DNA of 64,000 bases from Rhodothermales bacterium (GCA_965215145.1 OZ244038.1:1340579-1404578); one strand, 5' to 3'; numbered from the stretch's first letter, positions 40,601-48,971 are shown. Notes: a model not told the origin generated them from the sequence alone. Program-made: numbers and translations.

Positions 40601-41131
40601 GCCTCCGCAGCCCTCGTGACGGGGGCGGACGAGGCACGGACGCTGGAGCTCAACGCGGCGGCCGTGGACGAGGCGCTGGGGCGCTACGACGCGGCGCTGG
40701 CCCGGCTCGACGGGCTCCTCGCCGCGGGGCTCGACGACGCTGAGCTCGCCGAGGACGTGGCGTACATGGCGGAGATGATCGCGCTGAAGGCGGGGCTCGG
40801 CGGTCTAGAAGGCCGTGGTGCGTCCGCGAGCCGGGCGGTCAGTGATCTGCCGGCGGCGTTCGGGCTCGGGGCGCCGTACCCGAACCCGACCGCCGGCGGG
40901 GCGACGGTGCCGTTCATGCTGCCGGAGGCGGCCGAGGTCCGCGTGGAGGTCGTAGACCTGCTCGGGCGGCGGGTGGCGCTGCTGGCCGAGGGGGAGCACG
41001 CGGCCGGCCGCCACGTGGCCCGGCTCGCCGGGGGCCGCCTCGCGGCCGGGGTCTACGTGGTGCGCGCGGCGCTGAGTCCGGCGAGCGGGACCCCGCAGGT
41101 GCTCGTGCAGAAGCTGACGCTGCTGCGGTAG
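37691..41131 (+). CDS. 1146-aa secreted multidomain protein: M6/immune-inhibitor-A-like metalloprotease, parallel beta-helix, helical region, T9SS C-terminal domain
   Basis: Signal peptide. GSLSHYYHMVSGGRFKLEGYVY resembles the M6 N-terminal domain. HEVGH at nt 38555-38569. Central repeats (..NADVALYASTVRNSGRHGVVFTNATATGFAENVIEANG..) look like a right-handed beta-helix. C-terminus ..PYPNPTAGGATVPFML..VEVVDLLGRRVA..LAAGVYVVRA... Confidence 0.7.
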   Translation: MRTTPLCLAALPTVLLALALSPPSAAQVDEECFLPTPPPGVDRNVNPGANLYFPNEGRINALYVFVQHKDDLGDDASTTDPVTEWPAMRSRGPDRLLPAWGPDRLALPGSDPGDYAEGSLSHYYHMVSGGRFKLEGYVYPGVYIPPQDKDWYGDNPSTFPNGQVRLSHEILSWVNQNPEGIPFDELDRWQNGTADATEDTEDGFVDMVILHFRSNNLDAMGVGCTNPSNPAITSLGSGSCAGGPYRTPDTDGFESDPLFLGSKQVIDNIVNGSGVLSAGRAVVGKTTPHEVGHRQFGYYHTSGTNTFSVMHGNSAQMLMGASDRAKLGWIELDTLDASTLTHQTLTLEDTFESGRALYVMDGTPGEGDLIIEARAGTNFWDRPPDGQNYDAHDPPLDAALYLHQPGLMVYKRNSSGSFYSSMERTGLDFRPMYYLLVADGFSGAPYAGNVPIYLTPGSSYTPLSVYRFGFYNSGGALDDLFALTDIAATGDGFTFDVWGQGRFLSQDVVAAKEVAGVSTFTTDEALGREAAWELRGEFVFSDSVKAAADGDPLNILLGPDATLTFDGPAAWAGEPDAPVRVGRADAGAAWGRLILRDDPGGTHTLRHVRIEGGTVGLDVRARGSADPAAVGAAVTDAALVGNTVGVLTDFAGCGTDCRAQRARLVLDRVLVDSSAWYGLYARNADVALYASTVRNSGRHGVVFTNATATGFAENVIEANGAPGSSYDGLRVAANGSVRSGARGNFVGLPGGPRLAGRNRIADNADHQVAYLDGGYLFLGDATSGGFDTITEPGTGCRVYNASGSILEAEYTYWGTTTAPPASFFCGPYPVDVSPFLTADSTAGSGYRPGEGALVAALPESGGPRGDVGGGYTLEALAAEIRAVRDAVAADVAAPEAAGSLRLLGALHRLDEADLTGERGATTALLEALRADLHAGGLAPAHQATAEQALLVEVEFALGAERYDVADDLVTASAALVTGADEARTLELNAAAVDEALGRYDAALARLDGLLAAGLDDAELAEDVAYMAEMIALKAGLGGLEGRGASASRAVSDLPAAFGLGAPYPNPTAGGATVPFMLPEAAEVRVEVVDLLGRRVALLAEGEHAAGRHVARLAGGRLAAGVYVVRAALSPASGTPQVLVQKLTLLR

Positions 41132-41151
41132 CCCCCGAGGCAGGCAAGCAC

Positions 41152-41190
41152 GAGGGGGGCCGCGTCGGGCGGAAGCCGGCGCGGCCCCTC
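41152..41190. terminator. Hairpin between convergent genes
   Basis: GAGGGGGGCCGCG (41152-41164) pairs with CGCGGCCCCTC (41180-41190) with a 2-nt bulge. It lies between stop 41131 (+) and stop 41195 (-). Confidence 0.45.
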
Positions 41191-41194
41191 GGCG

Positions 41195-42319
41195 TCAGCG
41201 CCGCGCCCGCAGGAGCAGCCACAGCGCGAGCCCAAGGAAGACGGCGTGCGGCAGCCACGCCACCACCAGCGGCGGCAGCGTCCCCGCATACCCGAACGGC
41301 TCGGTCAGCTTCTGCACAGCGAGGTAGACGAAGGCGATGAACAGCCCCGCCCCGAACTGCACGGCCTGCCCCCCGCGCCGCCGCGCCGCCGCCAGCGGCA
41401 CCCCGATCAGCACGAGGATCAGGTTGGCGAAGGGGTAGGCGAACTTCGTGTAGTACCCCACGAGCGGGCGCCCGAGGTCGTCGGCGCCGGCCCGTTCGAG
41501 GGCGGCGACGTAGGCGGCGGCCTCGGGGATCGTGAGGCGGTCGGCGTCGCGCTCGGTGCGGGCGAGGTCGCGGGGGCGCACCGTCAGCACGGTGTCGAGC
41601 TGGGGGATCGCCCGGCGCCCGGTCTCGCCCCCGTCGCCGAACGTGCGGAGCGTGGCGTCGCGCATCCGCCAGACGCCGAGCGAGTCCACCCACGTCATCT
41701 CCTGCGCGTCGAGCCGCCGGGCGAGGCGGTCGGCCGCGCCTTCTGGGGCCCCGGTGGGTGCGCGGGTGGAGTCGGCCTCGAAGTCCTGGAGGCTGACGCG
41801 GAAGGCCCGCCCCTCGCGGCGGTCGAAGAACCCGACCGAGAGGACGGAGCCCGGCGCGTTCTGCCGGAAGATCTGGCTCGTCTCGGCCTCCTCCGGGGCG
41901 TCCTTGAAGTACCGGTTCTGGAACTCCAGCACGACGGCCTGCGACGGCGGCACGACCCACCCGTTGAACCACAGCATGAAACCGGTCATCAGGAGCCCGA
42001 CGGCGAGGTAGGGCACGAGGAGCCGCCCGAGCGAGACCCCCGCCGAGCGCAGCGCGACGATCTGCATCGACTGCGCGAGCCTCCCGGTGACGTAGATCAC
42101 CGCGAGGAAGACGGCGAGCGGGCTCATCAGCTTCACCATCTCCGGGAGGTAGTTCACGTAGTACGTCCCGAGCACCTCGCGCGTCGTCGCGCCGCGGTCC
42201 ATGAAGTCGTCCACGCGCTCGAGGTAGTCGAGCACGACGAAGAACACGAGCAGCACGCCGACGAGCGGCACGAGCGCCCCGAGCAGCCGGCGGATGATGT
42301 GGCGGTCGAAGGTGGTCAG
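41195..42319 (-). CDS. LptF/LptG (YjgP/YjgQ) family LPS export permease; apparent CTG start
   Basis: Polytopic protein ending ..AWLPHAVFLGLALWLLLRARR. The family-typical N-terminus TTFDRHIIRRLLGALVPLVGVLLVFFVVLDYLERVDDF is encoded only if translation starts at CTG 42319. An in-frame TGA sits two codons upstream, and the first ATG/GTG is at 42271. Confidence 0.75.
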   Translation of the reverse strand: MTTFDRHIIRRLLGALVPLVGVLLVFFVVLDYLERVDDFMDRGATTREVLGTYYVNYLPEMVKLMSPLAVFLAVIYVTGRLAQSMQIVALRSAGVSLGRLLVPYLAVGLLMTGFMLWFNGWVVPPSQAVVLEFQNRYFKDAPEEAETSQIFRQNAPGSVLSVGFFDRREGRAFRVSLQDFEADSTRAPTGAPEGAADRLARRLDAQEMTWVDSLGVWRMRDATLRTFGDGGETGRRAIPQLDTVLTVRPRDLARTERDADRLTIPEAAAYVAALERAGADDLGRPLVGYYTKFAYPFANLILVLIGVPLAAARRRGGQAVQFGAGLFIAFVYLAVQKLTEPFGYAGTLPPLVVAWLPHAVFLGLALWLLLRARR

Positions 42320-42390
42320 GGGTCAGTAGACGGTGAACAGTAGACAGTGGACGGTGGGGGAGCGTTGGCTGCTACGGTCTCACCCTCATG

Positions 42391-42532
42391 GTCATCCTGA
42401 GCGAAGGCGAGCACAGTGAGCCACAGCCGAAGGATCTCTGATGGATCCGCCCTCGTGGGAGGGGCTTCGCCGAGCCCTGCGGGGTTCTCCGACTGTGCTT
42501 CGGGCTGCGCTCTTCGCTTCGCTCAGGATGAC
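42391..42532. repeat. About 140-nt palindromic intergenic element (REP/MITE-like)
   Basis: Terminal inverted repeats GTCATCCTGAGCGAAG (42391-42406) and CTTCGCTCAGGATGAC (42517-42532). Imperfect internal complementarity includes GGATC..GATCC. Located between the divergent lptF/G and sucC genes. Confidence 0.6.
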
Positions 42533-42664
42533 AAGTTAGAGGGGGAGGGAGTCGGCGGAGGCGTGGTTCACGAACAAGGGACAAAGGGCGGGGGACCGGA
42601 GACCAACCCGCGCCGTAGCTTCCCGGAAGCTCACCCTTCACCCCCTCCAACGCCCCCATCCCCC

Positions 42665-43837
42665 ATGAAAGTCCACGAGTACCAGGCCAAGGACCTCCTC
42701 GCCGAGTACGGCGTCGCCGTGCAGCGCGGCGAGGTCGCCGAGACGGTCGAGGAGGCCGTCGCCATCGCGGAGAAGATGAAGGGGGAGGGCGTCGGGATGT
42801 GGGTCGTCAAGGCGCAGATCCACGCCGGCGGGCGCGGCAAGGGCGGCGGCGTCAAGCTCGCCAAGTCGGTGGACGAGGTCCGCGAGAAGGCCGAGGCCAT
42901 CCTCGGGATGCAGCTCGTTACCCCACAGACCGGCGCCGAGGGGCAGAGGGTCCGCAAGGTGCTCGTCACCGCCGCCGAGGACATCGCCCACGAGTACTAC
43001 GTCGGCGTGACCCTCGACCGCGCCGAGAAGATGGACGTCATCATGGCCTCGACGGAGGGCGGCGTCGAGATCGAGGAGGTGGCCGCGGAGACGCCGGAGA
43101 AGATCGTGAAGGTGTGGGTGGACCCCGCCATCGGCCTCCGCCCCTTCCAGGCCCGCTACGTCGCCGACCGGCTCGGGTTCGAGGGCGCCCAGCTCAAGCA
43201 GGCCGCGAAGTTCGTCGCCGCGCTCTACGAGTCGTACCGCGGCAGCGACGCCACCATCGCCGAGATCAACCCGCTCGTGCTCACCGACGACGGCGACGTG
43301 ATCGCGCTCGACGCGAAGGTGAACCTCGACGACAACGCCCTCTTCCGGCATGAGGACCTCGCCGACCTCCGGGACGAGCACGAGGAGGACCCCCTCGAGG
43401 TCGAGGCCGGCGAGCACAACCTCAACTACATCAAGCTCGACGGCAACGTCGGCTGCATGGTCAACGGCGCCGGCCTCGCGATGGCGACGATGGACCTCAT
43501 CAAGCTCGCCGGCGGCGAGCCCGCCAACTTCCTCGACGTCGGCGGCACCGCCAGCGCCGAGACCGTCGAGGCCGGGTTCCGGATCATCCTCCGCGACCCC
43601 AACGTCGAGGCCATCCTCGTCAACATCTTCGGCGGCATCGTCCGCTGCGACCGGGTCGCGCGCGGCGTGGTGGAGGCGGCGAAGAACGTGGACATCCAGG
43701 TCCCGCTCATCGTCCGGCTTCAGGGCACGAACGCGGAGGAGGGCATGGAGATCATCCGCAACAGCGGCATCGAGATCGAGAGCGCGATCCAGCTCAAGGA
43801 GGCCGCCGAGAAGGTGACGCAGGCATTGCAGCAGTGA
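42665..43837 (+). CDS. sucC: Succinyl-CoA synthetase (ADP-forming) beta subunit
   Basis: [19 protein letters not shown].. ..[19 protein letters not shown].. ..[28 protein letters not shown].. ..[11 protein letters not shown] is canonical SucC. Confidence 0.95.
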   Translation: MKVHEYQAKDLLAEYGVAVQRGEVAETVEEAVAIAEKMKGEGVGMWVVKAQIHAGGRGKGGGVKLAKSVDEVREKAEAILGMQLVTPQTGAEGQRVRKVLVTAAEDIAHEYYVGVTLDRAEKMDVIMASTEGGVEIEEVAAETPEKIVKVWVDPAIGLRPFQARYVADRLGFEGAQLKQAAKFVAALYESYRGSDATIAEINPLVLTDDGDVIALDAKVNLDDNALFRHEDLADLRDEHEEDPLEVEAGEHNLNYIKLDGNVGCMVNGAGLAMATMDLIKLAGGEPANFLDVGGTASAETVEAGFRIILRDPNVEAILVNIFGGIVRCDRVARGVVEAAKNVDIQVPLIVRLQGTNAEEGMEIIRNSGIEIESAIQLKEAAEKVTQALQQ

Positions 43838-43841
43838 GGGG

Positions 43842-44912
43842 ATGGGGAATAGGAGAGGGGAGATGGAGGCGGCGATGACCCCCCCATCTCCCAACTCCCA
43901 CAGCCCATCCCCTGACGGCGTCCGGCTGGACGCCGTCACCAAGCGCTACGGCGCGCTCGCTGCCGTAGACGACGTGTCGCTGACGGTCGGGCGCGGCGAG
44001 CTCGTCGCGCTGCTCGGGCCGAGCGGGTGCGGGAAGACGACGCTGCTCCGGCTCGTCGGCGGCTTCGAGACGCCGGACGCCGGGCGCGTCACGATCGCCG
44101 GGCGCGACGTAACGGCCGCACCGCCGCAGGAGCGCCCGACGGCGATGGTGTTCCAGAGCTACGCCCTCTTCCCGAACCTCTCCGTCGGGGAGAACGTGGC
44201 CTACGGGCTCCGCGTCCAGAAGCGGCCGAAAGCGGAGATCACGGAGCGCGTTGCCGCGGCACTGGACCGGGTGGACCTCGACGGGATGGAGGACCGCAGC
44301 GTGGGGCAGCTCTCCGGCGGGCAGCAGCAGCGGGTCGCCCTGGCGCGCGCCCTCGCCGTCGAGCCCGCCGTGCTGCTCTTCGACGAGCCGCTCTCGAACC
44401 TCGACCTCGCCCTCCGCGAGGAGACCCGCCGCGAGCTCAAGGCGCTCCAGGCCGAGCTCGGCACGACGAGCCTCTACGTCACCCACGACCAGCAGGAGGC
44501 CCTCGCCCTCGCCGACCGGATCGCGGTGATGCGCGCCGGGCGGATCGTCGAGACGGGCACGCCGCAGCGGCTCTACGACGAGCCCGAGACGGCCTTCGTC
44601 GCCGGCTTCCTCGGCGGCACCAACCTCGTCACCGACCCCGCCCTCATCGAGCGGATGGTCGAGGAGCCGCGCCCGGAGGGCCGCGTCCTCGCCGTGCAGC
44701 CGACCTCGTTCCGGGTCGCGGAGGAGGGGCAGCCCGGCGCCGTCCCCGCGCGGATGCGCGCGCGCCAGTTCCTCGGCCCGTACTCGGAGTGGGCCTTCGA
44801 GCTCGACGGCGCCGCCGGCCCGCAGCGGCTCCGGCTCTGGACGAGCCCGCTCACCGCGGTCCCCGACCGGCTCTTCGTCCGCGCCGCCGGCTATCGCTGG
44901 GTCAAGGAATAG
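43842..44912 (+). CDS. ABC importer ATP-binding protein (PotA/CysA/FbpC type with C-terminal TOBE-like domain)
   Basis: Walker [11 protein letters not shown]-loop VFQSYALFP, signature [15 protein letters not shown], Walker B LLFDEPLS. The start could be 43842, 43863 or 43875. Confidence 0.85.
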   Translation: MGNRRGEMEAAMTPPSPNSHSPSPDGVRLDAVTKRYGALAAVDDVSLTVGRGELVALLGPSGCGKTTLLRLVGGFETPDAGRVTIAGRDVTAAPPQERPTAMVFQSYALFPNLSVGENVAYGLRVQKRPKAEITERVAAALDRVDLDGMEDRSVGQLSGGQQQRVALARALAVEPAVLLFDEPLSNLDLALREETRRELKALQAELGTTSLYVTHDQQEALALADRIAVMRAGRIVETGTPQRLYDEPETAFVAGFLGGTNLVTDPALIERMVEEPRPEGRVLAVQPTSFRVAEEGQPGAVPARMRARQFLGPYSEWAFELDGAAGPQRLRLWTSPLTAVPDRLFVRAAGYRWVKE

Positions 44913-45006
44913 TTTGCGGTTCTCAGCTCGCAGTTTTCAGTTCGGGGAGCCGCGCCTCGGGACCGCAGTAAACTGCAAACCGCAAACTCCCAAACTGCAA
45001 ACTCCC
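44911..45006. repeat. Low-GC palindromic/word-repeat spacer
   Basis: AGTTTGCGGTT (44911-44921) pairs perfectly with AACCGCAAACT (44978-44988), and GCAGTT (44930-35) pairs with AACTGC (44971-76). Direct repeats GCAAACTCCC occur at 44982 and 44997. Confidence 0.5.
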
Positions 45007-45009
45007 ACT

Positions 45010-45411
45010 GTGCTTCCCGAGATCGAGATCCGCGAGGGGACCGACGGGCTCACGCCGGCCCGCATCGCCACGCTCTACCGCCGCGCCCCGCTCCTCCGCC
45101 CCACGGCCGACCGCGACGCCATCCGCCGGGTCTTCGAGGCGTCGCAGCTCGTGCTCGCGGCGTGGCAGGGGGACCGCCTCGTCGGCGTCGCCCGCGTGCT
45201 CACCGACGGCGCCCTCACGGCCTACCTCGCCGACCTCGCCGTCGAGCCGGACGTGCAGGGGCTCGGCCTCGGCAAGCGGCTCATCGAGGAGGTCATCGCC
45301 CGGTGCAAGGGCGCCGACCTCGTCCTCCGCGACTCGGACCTCTCGGCGGGGTTCTACGAGCGGCTCGGGTTCCACCGCGTCGAGAACGCGTGGATGAAGC
45401 CGCTTCGGTGA
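45010..45411 (+). CDS. GNAT-family N-acetyltransferase
   Basis: GTG 45010. ..LVGVARVLTDGALTAYLADLAVEPDVQGLGLGKRLIEEV.. (acetyl-CoA binding Q/R-x-x-G-x-G) ..FYERLGF. The ORF-track start 44914 would translate the repeat spacer. Confidence 0.75.
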   Translation: MLPEIEIREGTDGLTPARIATLYRRAPLLRPTADRDAIRRVFEASQLVLAAWQGDRLVGVARVLTDGALTAYLADLAVEPDVQGLGLGKRLIEEVIARCKGADLVLRDSDLSAGFYERLGFHRVENAWMKPLR

Positions 45412-45564
45412 ACCGGTCCGGCAAGGAGCCGGCAAGGGGAAGGTGGAGCTGCTGCACGTTGCGTGATGCGCGCCGGGGGCCTACTCAGACGAACGTCCCC
45501 CTCGGGGCCAACACGCAATACGCGCTACGCAACACCGACTCGTTAAGCCAGTGACAGCGAGACC

Positions 45565-45864
45565 CTAACCCACCAGCACCGTGAGGTGGTCGGCGATGCG
45601 GGTGGCGCCGGGGAGGCCGGTCAGCGCGTCCATCACCGCGTCGCGGTCGCCGCCGGTCGAGACGGCGCCGTAGACGGAGATGGCGCCGTCGAACACGTAG
45701 AGGTGCAGGCCGTGGACGTGCGGTGCGTCTGGAGCCTCGAAGGCGTCGCGGACGCGCCCGGCCAGGGCGCGGTCATCGCTCGTCCGCGCCCGGCGGGCTT
45801 TGAGCCCGTCGACCAGCGTGCGTACGCCGACGCGGGGGAGGGAGAGGGGGGGGGGAGAGGACAT
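45565..45864 (-). CDS. BON-domain-like small protein
   Basis: ..LHLYVFDGAISVYGAVSTGGDRDAVMDALTGLPGATRIADHLTV fits the BON pattern. Start 45864 (ATG) or 45909. Confidence 0.45.
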   Translation of the reverse strand: MSSPPPLSLPRVGVRTLVDGLKARRARTSDDRALAGRVRDAFEAPDAPHVHGLHLYVFDGAISVYGAVSTGGDRDAVMDALTGLPGATRIADHLTVLVG

Positions 45865-45967
45865 CGAAGGGGAGGTAGCGGCCCGAGCAGCCGAACCGAG
45901 AATTACCACGGGGCGCGGGTACGGTTCCGTGCCCGTTACGCCCGGTATCGTCCGGCGCCGGCGGTCG

Positions 45968-48841
45968 TTAAAACTGCCCCCCGGTGAGGCTCCCGAACCG
46001 GTCCGTCTGGTCCGAGCGCGGGACGTCGAGGCGGAGGAGGTCCCGGAGGTAGCCGCTCTTGACGTAGATCGAGAACCCGAACGAGCGGTACGTCCCGAAC
46101 GGCGTCCAGTTGAAGCTCATCTCCCAGCAGTGGAGGTCGCGGAGGATCGAGATCTCGGTCGGCGTGATCTCCTTGTTCTCGAAGTCGTAGCCGGAGCGCC
46201 CGCTGAGGCGCCAGTTCGGCGTGAGGCCGAGGTTGAACCGGCCGTTGAGCGTGAACGTCTGCCGGTCGTCGCGGTCGGGGACGAAGCTGCGGTCGTAGCT
46301 GTAGGCGAGGTCGAGCGTGAGCGACCACGGCACCGAGAAGTCCACGAAGTCGAGGTCACTCCGGCGGTAATCGTAGGGGTAGAGCCCCCCGTTGTCGGAG
46401 AGGTCGGGGACGCGGGGGCGCCGCCGCCGGCCGGGGGCGAGCTCGGGCGAGCCGCCGTCCTCCCCGCCCCGGAGCGAGGTGGAGGCCGAGAACCCCGCGT
46501 CGAGGAACCGGAACGGCACGCCGGTCTGATCGAGGTAGAGGCGGTCGAACTGGCGCCCCTGGGGGTCCACGGCGTAGGGGGAGTACGTCGCGTCGAACCG
46601 GACGCGGACGCGCCCGGCGATCTCCGTGGTGCCGTTGAGGCTGAGGTCGCTCCAGCGCAGGGAGTCGGCGGCGAAGTCGTAGCCCGCGCTGAGGTCGAGG
46701 TCGAGGAGGTCGAGGGCGTCCCGCGTCACCTCGCCGGTGGAGTCCTCGCGGACGCGGCGGGTCTGGAACTCGTTGCGGAGGCGGAGCGAGAGCCGCCGCC
46801 GCTCCTGGCGGGCGATGCCGTTGATGATGGGGGTCTCCTCCTCGACCACGCCGCCGTCGGCGGTGCGGCGCTTGTAGGTCTGGAAGTAGCCCCAGAAGTC
46901 GTCCGTGTAGTCCGGCGCGAACGAGAGGCTGGCCGTGGGGCTGAGGATGTGGCGGAGCCCGTCGAACGGGCCGACGCGCCACGGGAACGTGCCGTAGACG
47001 CGGGACGAGGCGCTGAGGCTGGCGGTGACCTGGCGGATCGCCGTGAACCCCGTGACCCGCTCCTCGACGGTCGGCGCGAACCGCCCCGTCGAGTCCTCGG
47101 TGATGACCCCGCCGTCCTCGTCGAGCGCGAACCCGTCGCCGTCGGTGACGACGCGGCGGGAGCGGGCGTACCAGTCCTCGTCGTAGGTCAGGTTCGGCGT
47201 GAGGTTGAGCTGGAGCGGCACGCCGACGAGGGGCAGCCGCTCGACGGAGAACGTGGCGCGGACGGGGACGCTGTGGCTCGCCTCCGTCTGGAAGCGCTCG
47301 ACCTCGCCGGTGGCCTCGCGGTAGGCGTCGTAGTCGAGGATGCCGTCGAGCCACGACACGTCCGGCGCGACGGCGTTGCCGAGGGAGTCCTCCTGGGGGC
47401 GGAAGGCGTAGGTGTTCGAGAGCGAGCCGGTGTACTGCACCGAGATCTTCTCGTACCACCGCCGCCCCCGGCTCCCCTCCGGCCGGAAGGGGAACCGCTG
47501 CGGCTGGGAGAACGAGAGCGTCGGGAGGGTGAGGTTGGCCTGCCCCGTCGAGAAGTCCTGGCTCTGGCGGAGGTTGAGCGAGAGCTGCCGCCCGCTGCGC
47601 CACCGCTTCGAGAACGAGACCGTGGACGTGGTCGACTGCCGGACGCGGTCGTCGAAGTCGGACTGCGCCGTGCGGAAGTAGTCGGCGGAGCTGAGGTTGA
47701 CGTTGCCGGTCAGCCGCGCCGTCTCGGCGGCGTCGAGGGTCTGCTGGTGCTGCCAGCCGACGCGGACGGAGCGCTGCCGGGTGAAGTTCGGGTCCTGCGC
47801 CTCGCCGCGCCGCTCGACGCGGTAGCCGAGCGTGAGGTTGCCGGAGTACCAGTAGCGGCGGGCGTAGCGCCAGCGGGCGTCGCCCTCGTAGCTGCCGGAG
47901 GTGTAGAGCCCGCCGGAGAGCTGGAGGTCGGTGTAGTCCGAGATCGCCCAGTAGTAGCCGAGGTTGCGGAGGTAGAACCCGAGCTGGTCCTGCTCGCCGT
48001 AGTCCGGGGGGAGCGGCCCGCTGCGGCGGCCCTCGGCGGCGGGGAAGAACCCGAACGGGAGCCACAGCGGCGTCGGGATGCCGAGGAGGTAGAGCCGCGC
48101 GGGGCCGGTGTAGACCCAGTCGCCGCCGACGATCTTCATGCGGTGGGCGTGGAGCCCCCAGTGCGGGTGGTCCTCGTACTCGCACGTCGTGTAGGCCACG
48201 TCGGCGGCGTAGGTCGTCCGGGGGCCGACCTGCTTGACGACGCCGCCGAGGAGGAACCCGTCGTCGAGGGCCGTCCGCGCCCCGACGACGCGGCCCCGCT
48301 CGGAGCGGAGGTTGTAGGCGAGCTCGCGCCCGGTGAACCCCTCGCTGCCCTTGGCGAACGCCGGGCGGCCCGCAGCCGAGGTGTCGGTCTCCGCGTCGGG
48401 GTCGCCGCGGGCGCGGAGGGTCTCCCGGTCGAAGAGGAGGTCGATCTCGCGGGCCGTGAGGGTGGCGTCGTCGTAGGTGGCCGTCGCGCCCCCGAAGAGC
48501 GTGGCGACGTCGCCCTCCCCGTCCCCGTCTGCGCCCTCCGGGGCGAAGGTGATGACGAGGGAGTCCCGCGCGGTGAAGGTGATCGGGTGCTCCAACCCCC
48601 GCCCCTCGCCCGACGGCGGCGGGCTCCCCGGCTCCCCGCTCGTCGGCAGCCCGACGGGCGCGCGGATGGCTACCGTGTCTGGTACGAGCAGCGCCGAGTC
48701 CGGCGGCGCCTCGCCCACCTCAACCCAGGCGGAGTCCGCGCGGGCGGGGTCGGCCGGCACGCCCTGCGCGGCGGCTGCGCGCGGCAGCAACGCTGCCAGC
48801 GCGGCGCAGCAGAGACAGAACGTGTGGTGGGGTCGGCGCAC
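45968..48841 (-). CDS. LptD/OstA-like large outer-membrane protein
   Basis: Signal peptide. N-terminal OstA-like beta-jellyroll segment (..ITFTARDSLVITF..ATLFGGATATYDDATLTAREIDLLF..). About 700-aa beta-barrel with GFFPAAEGRRSGPLPPDYG..GFYLRNLGYYWAISDY, resembling Bacteroidota LptD-like proteins. Confidence 0.65.
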   Translation of the reverse strand: MRRPHHTFCLCCAALAALLPRAAAAQGVPADPARADSAWVEVGEAPPDSALLVPDTVAIRAPVGLPTSGEPGSPPPSGEGRGLEHPITFTARDSLVITFAPEGADGDGEGDVATLFGGATATYDDATLTAREIDLLFDRETLRARGDPDAETDTSAAGRPAFAKGSEGFTGRELAYNLRSERGRVVGARTALDDGFLLGGVVKQVGPRTTYAADVAYTTCEYEDHPHWGLHAHRMKIVGGDWVYTGPARLYLLGIPTPLWLPFGFFPAAEGRRSGPLPPDYGEQDQLGFYLRNLGYYWAISDYTDLQLSGGLYTSGSYEGDARWRYARRYWYSGNLTLGYRVERRGEAQDPNFTRQRSVRVGWQHQQTLDAAETARLTGNVNLSSADYFRTAQSDFDDRVRQSTTSTVSFSKRWRSGRQLSLNLRQSQDFSTGQANLTLPTLSFSQPQRFPFRPEGSRGRRWYEKISVQYTGSLSNTYAFRPQEDSLGNAVAPDVSWLDGILDYDAYREATGEVERFQTEASHSVPVRATFSVERLPLVGVPLQLNLTPNLTYDEDWYARSRRVVTDGDGFALDEDGGVITEDSTGRFAPTVEERVTGFTAIRQVTASLSASSRVYGTFPWRVGPFDGLRHILSPTASLSFAPDYTDDFWGYFQTYKRRTADGGVVEEETPIINGIARQERRRLSLRLRNEFQTRRVREDSTGEVTRDALDLLDLDLSAGYDFAADSLRWSDLSLNGTTEIAGRVRVRFDATYSPYAVDPQGRQFDRLYLDQTGVPFRFLDAGFSASTSLRGGEDGGSPELAPGRRRRPRVPDLSDNGGLYPYDYRRSDLDFVDFSVPWSLTLDLAYSYDRSFVPDRDDRQTFTLNGRFNLGLTPNWRLSGRSGYDFENKEITPTEISILRDLHCWEMSFNWTPFGTYRSFGFSIYVKSGYLRDLLRLDVPRSDQTDRFGSLTGGQF

Positions 48842-48971
48842 GTGGAGCAGGGGGTTCTCAGGTCCAGCCGCAGGGGCTCGTGCGGGCGTAACGGCTTTCT
48901 GGGCAACGGCGGGGCCGCGCCCGTTCGTGCAGGAGCGGGTATCGGCAGCCTCACCCCGCCTGCTTCGGTCT

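Noticed and set aside
42665-43837. sucC not followed by sucD as an anomaly
   Set aside because: The gene is intact and canonical. Separation of sucC and sucD is, as far as I recall, common in Bacteroidota-type genomes, and sucD may simply lie outside the window.
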